Source: Escherichia coli (GTDB lineage Bacteria; Pseudomonadota; Gammaproteobacteria; Enterobacterales; Enterobacteriaceae). From it: 64,000 nt of DNA. Positions within the stretch are counted from its first letter, which is position 1. Each line of letters starts with the position of its first letter. The translations under genes and the position numbers were made by a program. Positions 46,930 through 55,455 of this stretch are shown piece by piece. Under the pieces are notes generated by a model that worked only from the letters and a program-made list of their open reading frames with translations, was not told the DNA's origin and made no database searches. Location: assembly GCF_003790525.1 (NCBI RefSeq), contig NZ_CP033633.1. One strand, written 5' to 3'.

Positions 46930-48624
46930 TTAAACCTGTTGTGGTTCTGAGTTATCCGGAGTGGTTACCGGTTCGCTGACATCCGGAACCTTTTCCGGGG
47001 CAGGCATGACCAGTGGACGTGTCAGGGCTGTAAGTCCTTCACCGGATAAACCCACCTCTTTCAGCAGGGAGTCGATGAGCGGAGCCTGTGTACGGTAAGC
47101 CAGAGCGGCGGTTACTGCCTGTTCAGCGAGATTTCCGCCACTTATGTCGGTTGTTGCTGTTTTACCGCGGGTAACACCGCCATTCAGACCATCCACCTGA
47201 ATGATTTTAATACCGTCAATGGATTTCATTGGTTCTGTGGACTTCTCTATGACGGCAGGTAATGCATCCAGCAGGGCAAGACGGAAGCGGAGGCTGGTCT
47301 GCTCATCCGAAAGCACGTTAATGGCATCGTTCAGTGCGCGCTGTGCTTCTGCTTCTGCCAGACCTTTCTGACGGGTGGCCTCCGCCAGTTCAATAATTGC
47401 TGCTGCCTGGAGTTCGGCTGCTTCTTTTTCAGCCTGTGCGCGAACCGTCAGTTCAACCGCTTTCGTTTCAGCTTCCTGAGCAGCAGCAATCAGGGCAACC
47501 TGTTTGGTACGGCCGGCCTCTGCAGTCTGGCGGGTGGTTTCCACATCCTGCTGGGCCTGTACGGCCTCAGCCAGTGCTTTACTTGCCCGGGCTTCTGCCT
47601 GTGACTGCTCTTCCGATTTTGCCGCCACGGCAATGGCTCTGGCCTGGCTGGCGATTTCGGTTGCCTGCTGTTGTTCAATTTCCCGTATGGCCACTTCCCG
47701 TTCGGCTTCGACCTGGCGGGTACGCACTATCTGCTGTCGTTCGATTTCGGCTTCCTCTATCTTACGTTCAGCCAGAATTCGCGCGGATTCTGCTTCACGA
47801 CGTCGTTCAGCTTCAATAGCAGCAATACTGGCACTCTGCTCTGCCGTACGGGTTTTTACCCGTTGTTGTTGCTCCAGAGTCATGAAGGCTTCCTGCTGTT
47901 CAATCTCCAGACGTCGGGAGAGTGCATCCCGGTTTTTTTCCCTGATGGCCACTTCAACATCCTGCTCAACTTCGTTGCGTTCGCGGCGACGACGTTCTGT
48001 TTCCTGGGTCAGAAGGGTCAGGCCTTCAGCATCAAAGGCATTGTCAGGATTAAAATGTACCCGTGCAGTCTGGTTGAAACTTGTCAGCGACACACTTTCA
48101 AGCTCCAGACCGTTTTTGGATAAGTCTTCCGCAACGGTGTTCTGCACACCCTGAACAAAGTTCTCGCGGGCATCCTGTAAATCCTGCATGCTCATTCTGG
48201 CCGCCGTGGCCCGTAGGGCATCAACAAATTTATCCTCGACCAGACTACGCAGATCTTCAGGTGTGAGCGTGCGTTGTCCCAGCGTCTGGGCTGCAGTGGA
48301 TATTCCTTCGGCTGATGGTTTTACCCGAAGAAAAAAGGCAACGGCAACATCAACACGCATGCGGTCGCGGGTTATGAGACTTTCAGCCGCTGCACGACTG
48401 ACTTCCAGCTTCAGGGTGTTCATGTTGACGGGAATTGTTTCGTGAAAAATGGGCATAACAATTGCACCGCCACTCATTACCACTTTTTGGCCTCCCAGAC
48501 CTGTGCGGACAAAGGCCTGCTCTGCCGATGCCCGGCGGTACAGGCGGGCAAATATCAGCCCGATAACGAACAGGGTGAGGACCAGCGCTATAACGGTAAA
48601 CAACCATCCCGGAAGATTAAACAT
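46930..48624 (-). CDS. flotillin-like SPFH/band-7 protein (YqiK-like)
   Basis: 564 aa; N-terminal TM, SPFH-like domain, then long Ala/Glu/Arg/Gln-rich coiled coil; paired with an upstream NfeD-like gene. Confidence 0.8.
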   Translation of the reverse strand: MFNLPGWLFTVIALVLTLFVIGLIFARLYRRASAEQAFVRTGLGGQKVVMSGGAIVMPIFHETIPVNMNTLKLEVSRAAAESLITRDRMRVDVAVAFFLRVKPSAEGISTAAQTLGQRTLTPEDLRSLVEDKFVDALRATAARMSMQDLQDARENFVQGVQNTVAEDLSKNGLELESVSLTSFNQTARVHFNPDNAFDAEGLTLLTQETERRRRERNEVEQDVEVAIREKNRDALSRRLEIEQQEAFMTLEQQQRVKTRTAEQSASIAAIEAERRREAESARILAERKIEEAEIERQQIVRTRQVEAEREVAIREIEQQQATEIASQARAIAVAAKSEEQSQAEARASKALAEAVQAQQDVETTRQTAEAGRTKQVALIAAAQEAETKAVELTVRAQAEKEAAELQAAAIIELAEATRQKGLAEAEAQRALNDAINVLSDEQTSLRFRLALLDALPAVIEKSTEPMKSIDGIKIIQVDGLNGGVTRGKTATTDISGGNLAEQAVTAALAYRTQAPLIDSLLKEVGLSGEGLTALTRPLVMPAPEKVPDVSEPVTTPDNSEPQQV

Positions 48625-48650
48625 AGTGAGAACCTCTGTATATGTCGGGA

Positions 48651-49271
48651 TTAAAGAACATCCGGCCAGGGATTCAGTTCGCCCAGCCAGCGGGAACCGG
48701 AAAGACGGCAGACAATAATCACTTTGTCTCCTCGTCTGAATTCTTTCCCGGCCTCCGGCTCCAGCAACAGGTAATGAACCTGCCCGAAGCGGTCTGTGAA
48801 GCGACCTTCACAGGGGGAACCCGCCACTGCGTGATAACCGGTGATGGTGGCCATACAGCCGATGAATGCCTCCTCGGTGAGCGCCGTTGTTTCATCACGG
48901 GGTAACCAGGGGGCAATCAGTCTGCCGGTGCGGTGTACGAGAGGACATGTCAGCAGCAGGCAAAGTGGTGTAAGGAGAATGTTCGGGGCAGGAGCCTGCA
49001 GCAGATGAATAATAAGACCCTGCAGGAGAATGCCGGATATACCAAAAAAACCTGCCAGCATACAGAGGACGATCAGCAGGGGGATCCGTCCGATGTTCAG
49101 CCAGTCCAGCGCCTCTCCTGTCAGCCCCTCCGGTAAATCAGGTGTATCCATAGCTGAAGAGAGGGAGTGTCCGCAGAGCAGGGCGATAAGTTCAGCGATA
49201 CCAGTAAGCAGAACAAAAGTCAGGGCTGCCAGATAGGGTGCGTTATACGCGGTAAGTAACGCCAGTGTCAT
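48651..49271 (-). CDS. NfeD-like membrane protein (YqiJ-like)
   Basis: 206 aa; polytopic N-terminal region plus C-terminal soluble OB-like domain; immediately upstream of the flotillin gene. Confidence 0.65.
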   Translation of the reverse strand: MTLALLTAYNAPYLAALTFVLLTGIAELIALLCGHSLSSAMDTPDLPEGLTGEALDWLNIGRIPLLIVLCMLAGFFGISGILLQGLIIHLLQAPAPNILLTPLCLLLTCPLVHRTGRLIAPWLPRDETTALTEEAFIGCMATITGYHAVAGSPCEGRFTDRFGQVHYLLLEPEAGKEFRRGDKVIIVCRLSGSRWLGELNPWPDVL

Positions 49272-49537
49272 TTTTCCTCCTGTGGCAGGTCAGTCAAACA
49301 ACATTATGGCGTGAAGCTTCCGCTTCTTTAATTGTCAGAAGAAGCATATCGTCAGTCATCAGAAGACAAGGGGATGTCTGCAGGAGGGGATGATAACAAC
49401 AGAAGCCTCACGCCGGAATGCGCTTTATGACAACCGGAGAGGACGGATAATCAAAAATGGGACATCCACATCAGCAAACCGCGATTTGCGAAAAAAAGTC
49501 AGCGGAGAGTGGCTGCCGTTGTGGCTGTCCCGGTATT

Positions 49538-50203
49538 TCAGTGTAACAGGTGATTGCTGTGATCTATGCCCCATTCGGCTTTCGGTAAACCTGAATGCCC
49601 CACATGAAGAATGCGTGACAGCATGTTTCTGCCGCTGCCGTTCAGGCTGCATTCGCGTCCGTGCGCGAGTATAAAACCTTCATCCCGGAATATATCTTCC
49701 ACTTCTGAAGATTCGAGGGATGCCGGATGAATTAATGAAAATGCCACCGGTCTGAGCATTCTGCCCGTGGTGGAAAAGGTGTCTCTGGTACTGTTCAGCT
49801 GCAGGATATGACGTTTACCTGTTTGCGCACGGGAAAGTGTCTCACTCAGCAGCTGGTCGTTCCATGCGCACGTGCCAATCTGCCATCCCAGACTTCTGCA
49901 CGCGGAAAGAGCCGAGCGGAAGCGGTACAGGTCGTATAATGCTGCGTTATTGCCACTTTCCAGCAGTGATTTCAACGTATTTGCTACCGGTATGTCCGTA
50001 TTGGTGGCCAGCAGTTTTCGCAGAGTCGTAAACTCTTCTGCCATTCCTCTGAACTCGCGCATCTGACGGGCAGTGTCAAGCCAGTTCAGCAGGTAACGCC
50101 GGCGACGCCGTTCGTTGTTTATGTTGTCCGGGGCGGTGGAGAGTGCTTCGAGCATATTCTCCAGTAACAGAATGACAGGGTTTTCCTGGGATAGAATGGT
50201 CAT
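49538..50203 (-). CDS. hypothetical protein, 221 aa
   Basis: First ORF downstream of the NusG-like gene; no family recognised. Confidence 0.4.
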   Translation of the reverse strand: MTILSQENPVILLLENMLEALSTAPDNINNERRRRRYLLNWLDTARQMREFRGMAEEFTTLRKLLATNTDIPVANTLKSLLESGNNAALYDLYRFRSALSACRSLGWQIGTCAWNDQLLSETLSRAQTGKRHILQLNSTRDTFSTTGRMLRPVAFSLIHPASLESSEVEDIFRDEGFILAHGRECSLNGSGRNMLSRILHVGHSGLPKAEWGIDHSNHLLH

Positions 50204-50343
50204 AAAGGCGTCCTGAAAAAATGCCCGACAGCCGCTCTCCGTACACCCTCAGGTGTCACCGGTGCCGGGCATTGTGGAAACAGAAGGGAAAAAAATCCCG
50301 GCCATAAAGGCCGGGAAAAGTCGTCAAATTAAGACAGCAATTT

Positions 50344-51051
50344 TCATGTCAACGCTCCGTCATCAGATACCAGGTGCAGGAGCAGGGCGATCCTCGACTC
50401 CGGCAGAGGCTGTGCATCAAGCCGGAGGAGGTACTGGTAACGCGCTTTTGTCAGCCAGAGGGTGGAGGCAGCATCCAGCTCCTCCCTGGCTGCCGGATTG
50501 AGCGCAGGATCCGGGTACACTTTCATTAAAGACTGAACGATATCCTCCCTGACGGTTTTGATTTCACCGGCCATTTTCACGAAGCCCAGAAAGGCACTGT
50601 GACGGCGCAGGTGAGTGAAAGCGTGGCGTTCGGGGTCTGCTTTCAGAAAGAAGTAACCGGGAAACACGGCGTGTATATGACGACGGTAACCACAGACTTT
50701 ATCCGTGCGGCGGACCTTTTTCAGTATCAGGGGTGTCCAGGGAAGGACGTGTTGTTCGGAAAGCCAGGAAAAGAGATGTTCGCGGTTTTTGCCGGCAGGG
50801 ATGTACTGTGCCAGATACCAGTTGCGTTGATGTAATTCACTGATATTCAAAATCCGGAACGCTCCGCGAAAATCGATCCCCGCAGGGGGGCTTCGATGTT
50901 GTTGTGAACGGCGAATACATAAAGCATGTGTCGGAAACAGCGGCTGACCCACGTTCAGCCCGGCCTGCAGTTCTGACAGGCACATGCACTGTGCACTCTT
51001 GTTAGCCTTGTGGACGGTTTCGAGGCGGGCGAAAACCGACAACTCCTGCAA
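50344..51051 (-). CDS. NusG/RfaH-family transcription antitermination factor paralog (ActX/TraB-like)
   Basis: NGN-domain alignment by eye to RfaH (WYLAQY vs WYLLYC; VFPGYFFLKADPE vs LFPNYLFVEFDPE); C-terminal domain does not show a KOW motif; real start may be TTG at 50850 (about 169 aa). Confidence 0.6.
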   Translation of the reverse strand: MQELSVFARLETVHKANKSAQCMCLSELQAGLNVGQPLFPTHALCIRRSQQHRSPPAGIDFRGAFRILNISELHQRNWYLAQYIPAGKNREHLFSWLSEQHVLPWTPLILKKVRRTDKVCGYRRHIHAVFPGYFFLKADPERHAFTHLRRHSAFLGFVKMAGEIKTVREDIVQSLMKVYPDPALNPAAREELDAASTLWLTKARYQYLLRLDAQPLPESRIALLLHLVSDDGALT

Positions 51052-51531
51052 ACAGGATTAATGGCTGGCAAATATATTACATAAGGATGTATCTGTGGCA
51101 ATAGTGAATATAAGTAGTTGAATAGATCGTTATATTTGATAAATAAGCGTATTATGCTGATTTGTGTGCAGTGTCTGGAGGATTAGATCGCTTAAAAATT
51201 TTAGGCGATCTCTTCTACTAAAAATGATGAAAAAAACAGCATAAAAGATCGTTTGTGAAATTGTTCATTTTTTGACACAGTTCAAAAAAACGACGCTTTT
51301 TAGGGGGTTAAAGAGGGCAACTGTAACCCTGAGAAATCGTGTCGGCTTTTCAAAGCGGTGGAAAAGGGGTATATTGCGGATCGTTATTCAGTGGCTTTTG
51401 GGATCCTCGCGGTCCGGAAAGCCAGAAAACGGCAGAATGCGCCATAAGGCATTCAGGATGTATGGCAGAAACGACGGCAGTTTGCCGGTGCCGGAAGGCT
51501 GAAAAAAGTTTCAGAAGGCCATAAAGGAAAA

Positions 51532-51582
51532 CCCCCATAATCTTCTCATCGAACTTGGCGGAACGTTAGAAGATTATGGGGG
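51532..51582 (-). ncRNA. candidate antisense copy-control RNA region (CopA/Inc-RNA-like stem-loop in repA leader)
   Basis: Perfect 15-bp inverted repeat CCCCCATAATCTTCT / AGAAGATTATGGGGG with about 21 nt loop, about 100 bp upstream of repA; promoter and 3' end not mapped. Confidence 0.35.
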
Positions 51583-51608
51583 CCTCACAGAATACGGGAT
51601 AAGTATAT

Positions 51609-51650
51609 ATGAAACCGTGTCAGAGATTCAACCCTTCGCAGTGTATTAAC
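51609..51650 (+). CDS. possible repA leader peptide (13 aa)
   Basis: ATG AAA CCG TGT ... TAA ([13 protein letters not shown]) 36 bp upstream of the repA start. Confidence 0.25.
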
Positions 51651-51685
51651 GCACGGCATTCTGTTTCCGCCATAAGCGACAGCTT

Positions 51686-52558
51686 GTGGCGGCCCTGAAC
51701 CAGACCTCATTCACTGAAAGCACATACCGTCAGGTAAAGAACCCGAATCCGGTCTTCACACCCCGTGAAGATGCCGGAACGCTGAAGTTCTGCGAAAAAC
51801 TGATGGAAAAGGCCGTGGGCTTCACCTCCCGTTTTGATTTTGCCGCGCATGTGGCGTATGCCCGTTCGCGCGGCCTGCGCCGGCGTATGCCGCCGGTGCT
51901 GCGCCGCCGGGCGATTGATGCGCTGCTGCAGGGGCTGTGTTTCCACTATGACCCGCTGGCCAACCGCGTGCAGTGCTCCATCACCACGCTGGCCATTGAG
52001 TGTGGTCTGGCGACAGAGTCTGAGGCCGGGAAACTCTCCATCACCCGTGCCACCCGTGCCCTGAAGTTCCTGGCAGAGCTGGGGCTGATGACCTACCAGA
52101 CGGAATACGACCCGACAATTGGCTGTAACATTCCGACCGACATCACGTTCACGCCGGCACTGTTTGCCTCACTCGATATCTCTGAAGAGGCGGTGGCTTC
52201 CGCACGCCGCAGCCGCGTGGAATGGGAAAACAAGCTGCGTAAAAAGCAGGGGCTGGATGCGCTGGGTATGGATGAACTGATAGCGAGAGCCTGGCGTTTT
52301 GTGCGCGAGCGTTTCCGCAGTTACCAGGCAGAGCGCAAGGCCCACGGCATGAAACGTGCCCGCGCTCGCCGTGATGCGGGCCGGACCCGTCAGGACATTG
52401 TCACCCTGGTGAAACGGCAGCTGACGCGTGAAATTGCGGAAGGGCGTTTCCGGGGAAGCCTGGAAACCGTGAAGCGCGAAATCGACCGTCGCGTGAAGGA
52501 GCGCATGATAATGTCGCGGAACAACAACTACACACGGCTGGCCACAGCCTCACCCTGA
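51686..52558 (+). CDS. repA: IncFII-family replication initiator RepA (RepA1)
   Basis: GTG start; translation [50 protein letters not shown] matches my memory of R100-type RepA1 nearly throughout. Confidence 0.9.
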   Translation: MAALNQTSFTESTYRQVKNPNPVFTPREDAGTLKFCEKLMEKAVGFTSRFDFAAHVAYARSRGLRRRMPPVLRRRAIDALLQGLCFHYDPLANRVQCSITTLAIECGLATESEAGKLSITRATRALKFLAELGLMTYQTEYDPTIGCNIPTDITFTPALFASLDISEEAVASARRSRVEWENKLRKKQGLDALGMDELIARAWRFVRERFRSYQAERKAHGMKRARARRDAGRTRQDIVTLVKRQLTREIAEGRFRGSLETVKREIDRRVKERMIMSRNNNYTRLATASP

Positions 52559-52689
52559 GAGTGACCTCATCTGAATAATCCGGCCTGCGCCGGAGGCTTC
52601 CGCACGTCTGAAGCCCGGTGACGCACAAAAAAGCAGCACAGCACACAAAAAACAGCCTCATTATCTGCCTTCCGGCTCGCCTTGCTCCC

Positions 52690-52920
52690 CCTGTTTTTCA
52701 CGCAAAACACGTATCACAGACGGGGAATTCTGTTTATCCACATTTAACTGCAAGGGACTTCTCCGTAAGGTTACAACCGTTCATGCTATAAAGCGCCAGC
52801 CGCAGGCGTTACAGGGTGCAATGTTTCTTTTAAACCCCAGTACTGTATTTCCTTTAAACTACTTAATTACTTCCATTTAAAAAGAAAACCTATTCAATGC
52901 CTGTCCTGTGGACAGACAAA
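52690..52920 (+). other. probable replication origin region downstream of repA
   Basis: Consensus DnaA box TTATCCACA at 52734..52742 followed by an AT-rich stretch (52830-52900). Confidence 0.5.
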
Positions 52921-53504
52921 TATGCACCTCCCACGCTAACGCGCGGGCCCCAAACCTCACCGTTCTGAAACCACAGCAAAAAGACATCAGGAATAAAAAC
53001 ACCACACAAACGCAGCACCGTGCCCACCCCTCATAACTGAAAAGCGAGGCCGCCCCCGCCCGAAGGGCGGGAACAACATCGCTTTTAATTATGAATGTTG
53101 TAACTACATTGTCATCGCTGTCAGTCTTCTGGCTGGAAGTCCTCAGTACACGCTCGTAAGCGGCCCTCACGGCCCGCTAACGCGGAGATACGCCCCGACT
53201 TCGGGTAAACCCTCGTCGGGACCACTCCGACCGCGCACAGAAACTCTCTCATGGCTGAAAGCGGGTATGGTCTGGCAGGGCTGGGGATGGGTAAGGTGAA
53301 ATCTATCAATCAGTACCGGCTTACGCCGGGCTTCGGCGGTTTTACTCCTGTGCCATATGCTACAACGGAGTGCCGCCTTCCATGCCGCTGGCGCGGCATC
53401 AGAACAACTGAAGAGTGACGGCGCACATTAGCATCAAACAGACTTGTTAAGCAGTCTTTCAGGGTGTAATCTGAAGACCTGTTAAACAGTCTCAGAGGTG
53501 TGTT

Positions 53505-53756
53505 ATGCCCAGTATAATTTTGTCTGACACCAGTGCAAGCGTCAGTGAACTGAAAAAAAATCCAATGGCGACAGTCAGTGCCGGAGAGGGTTATCCTGTT
53601 GCCATTCTTAACCGGAATCAGCCTGCATTCTACTGTGTTCCAGCTGAGCTCTATGAAAGGATGCTTGATGCCCTGGATGACCAGGAGCTGGTGAAACTGG
53701 TTACTGAGCGCAGCAGTCAGCCTCTGCATTATGTGGACCTGGACAGTTATTTATGA
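53505..53756 (+). CDS. stbD: Phd/YefM-RelB family antitoxin (StbD-like)
   Basis: 83 aa; SASVSELKKNPMATV motif; 4-bp overlap with the downstream toxin gene. Confidence 0.8.
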   Translation: MPSIILSDTSASVSELKKNPMATVSAGEGYPVAILNRNQPAFYCVPAELYERMLDALDDQELVKLVTERSSQPLHYVDLDSYL

Positions 53757-54040
53757 CTTATACGGTTAAATTCAGGGATGATGCACTGAAAGAATGGCTC
53801 AGACTGGATAAGGCCATTCAGCAGCAGTTCGCAAAAAAACTAAAAAAATGCAGTGAAAATCCTCATATAGCCTCTGCAAAACTACGTGGATTAAAAGATT
53901 GCTACAAAATAAAACTTCGCGCATCAGGTTTTCGTCTGGTCTATCAGGTGATTGATGACATGTTAATTATTGCGGTTGTCGCAGTAGGTAAACGTGAACG
54001 TAGTCATGTTTACAATCTCGCCAGCGAGAGAATGAGATAG
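53753..54040 (+). CDS. stbE: RelE/ParE family toxin (StbE-like)
   Basis: 95 aa; RelE-like fold signature (YKIKLRASGFRLVYQVIDDMLIIAVVAVGKRE). Confidence 0.8.
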   Translation: MTYTVKFRDDALKEWLRLDKAIQQQFAKKLKKCSENPHIASAKLRGLKDCYKIKLRASGFRLVYQVIDDMLIIAVVAVGKRERSHVYNLASERMR

Positions 54041-54049
54041 GGGGTGTAA

Positions 54050-54337
54050 ATGCTTTTAAGTTTTAGTGAGTTAGATGTTCTTATTTATCAGGGGAAGGTT
54101 GGGGGTTTATTTCGTGAAAGAAAAAATGAAAGGGTTGCTACAGACATTGATTCCAGAAACAAGTCATCATCAAGCAGTCATGAATATGATTCAGTTTTAT
54201 CATTTCAATTTATTTGTGATAATGGAAAAGAAATAAATGTGAATTTAACAAATTGGAATATTAACATATTTCCAGGTCAAGAGCTCATTATTTATTTTGT
54301 GGAAAACTCAAAAAAAACAAAAAAATACCATACATGA
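54050..54337 (+). CDS. hypothetical protein, 95 aa, very AT-rich
   Basis: ATG 9 bp after stbE stop with GGGGGTG upstream; Ser-rich; GC far below neighbours. Confidence 0.35.
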   Translation: MLLSFSELDVLIYQGKVGGLFRERKNERVATDIDSRNKSSSSSHEYDSVLSFQFICDNGKEINVNLTNWNINIFPGQELIIYFVENSKKTKKYHT

Positions 54338-54594
54338 TAAAAAACAAAAGTACATCGGAAGTAACTAATAATGTTCAAGAAATGTATAAAGAGTTTTTTT
54401 ATACATCATACTTCAAACTGATAATACCTTTCCTGTTAATCATTTCTTACTTTATGTCATCCATATCTGTGGCTATCATGTCATTCGTTTTATATGTCAT
54501 AATCAGAAGAAGAATAGGAAAAGATTTCTTTTCAGAAATAAAAAGGAAAAGGTTAAAAAAAGAAGATATCATGGGGTTAGAGCACGTAATATAG
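54334..54594 (+). CDS. hypothetical small membrane protein, 86 aa, very AT-rich
   Basis: ATGA start/stop overlap with preceding ORF; one TM (IIPFLLIISYFMSSISVAIMSFVLYVII) and basic C-terminus. Confidence 0.35.
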   Translation: MIKNKSTSEVTNNVQEMYKEFFYTSYFKLIIPFLLIISYFMSSISVAIMSFVLYVIIRRRIGKDFFSEIKRKRLKKEDIMGLEHVI

Positions 54595-54595
54595 G

Positions 54596-54930
54596 GGCGA
54601 CTGGTCCTTATAAGGGACCGTCTAGGGACCGGAGTTCCATTGCTACGCCGGAACCGCCGAAATTTCCGGCGTAGCTCTCTCTTGCCTGGACGTTCTGTTG
54701 TGGGGTTTGAGGGCCAATGGAACGAAAGCGTACGGTAAGGGCTCCGTTTGGGAAACGGACAATATTGTACGGTTGCGTTATCGCGGTAGGGTGTACTCCC
54801 GCGCTGTACGGTGTTTTCAGGAGAATTGGTCTTAATCGGATAACCTAAATGCGATACAGCAAGAGCGACAACTTAAAAGCGATTAAACCTCCGCCGCCAG
54901 AACGGTACAGTCCCTGACACAGGCACCACT
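54596..54930. other. GC-rich structured intergenic element (candidate ncRNA or cis-regulatory structure)
   Basis: Nested inverted repeats: GCTACGCCGGAA...TTCCGGCGTAGC (54643..54675), GGTCC-TTATAA-GGGACC, GTTCCATTG...CAATGGAAC, CCGTTTGGGAAACGG; sits between two AT-rich gene clusters. Confidence 0.4.
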
Positions 54931-54966
54931 GGTATAATCCAGTAAAGAGCATATGGAGAACTTATC

Positions 54967-55203
54967 ATGTCGTTACGCAACTCTATACATGATTTTATAA
55001 TGCTGCTCCCGGCGCTGCTGTTGGTTGGGTGGTTAGTTTTGGTGATAATTCTCATGTTTAGGGATGATAAATGTGACAAAACTTACCGTGAAGGTTCGTT
55101 TCCCGAATTTATTTGTCTCCATTCTGAACGCTCGTCACTTCGAGAAACCGATTCTGAGAGACTCAATGTCAAATATACAGAAAACAATCACAAAAATAGG
55201 TAA
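54967..55203 (+). CDS. hypothetical small membrane protein, 78 aa
   Basis: Follows an extended -10 (TGGTATAAT) at about 54935; one TM helix; AT-rich. Confidence 0.3.
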   Translation: MSLRNSIHDFIMLLPALLLVGWLVLVIILMFRDDKCDKTYREGSFPEFICLHSERSSLRETDSERLNVKYTENNHKNR

Positions 55204-55455
55204 AACTAATAATACTATAGCTAAAAAAATAGTTACTTTTCTGTATCACCTGTCTCTCTCTGCTTTTTCATGGCTACTGTCGTATTTATGTCTGTTGCGC
55301 GGTTTTATCTGTGTGTATAAAATACATCTTTATTCATTGTTATCTGAAAATTTGCGTATGCTGATAAAAAATCCCATTTCTTATTTTCATATTGGCACAT
55401 TTTTATTATCAGGAAAAAAAGTCATCTTCTGGAATACTGGAAAGCAGAAGTTATC

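Noticed and set aside
47397-48154. Plus-strand ORFs antisense to the flotillin gene, including a Ser/Arg-rich 216-aa frame
   Set aside because: Product of the repetitive Ala/Glu/Arg/Gln-rich coiled-coil coding sequence read in reverse; no start-site support.
53310-53729. Minus-strand 139-aa ORF across the stbD region
   Set aside because: Antisense to a well-supported antitoxin gene; Cys/His/Arg-rich shadow frame.
54780-54791. ops-like motif CGCGGTAGGGTG (compare RfaH ops GGCGGTAGCGTG) in the structured element; also GGCGGTAG 8-mers at about 8676 and 27247
   Set aside because: Two mismatches to ops, and the other 8-mer matches lie inside coding regions on the wrong strand; about two chance 8-mer hits are expected in 64 kb on two strands.
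54596-54960. Retron msr/msd or group II intron fragment as the identity of the structured element
   Set aside because: No reverse-transcriptase gene nearby, no convincing flanking a1/a2 inverted repeats, and the GTACGG motifs are direct rather than forming an intron domain-V hairpin.
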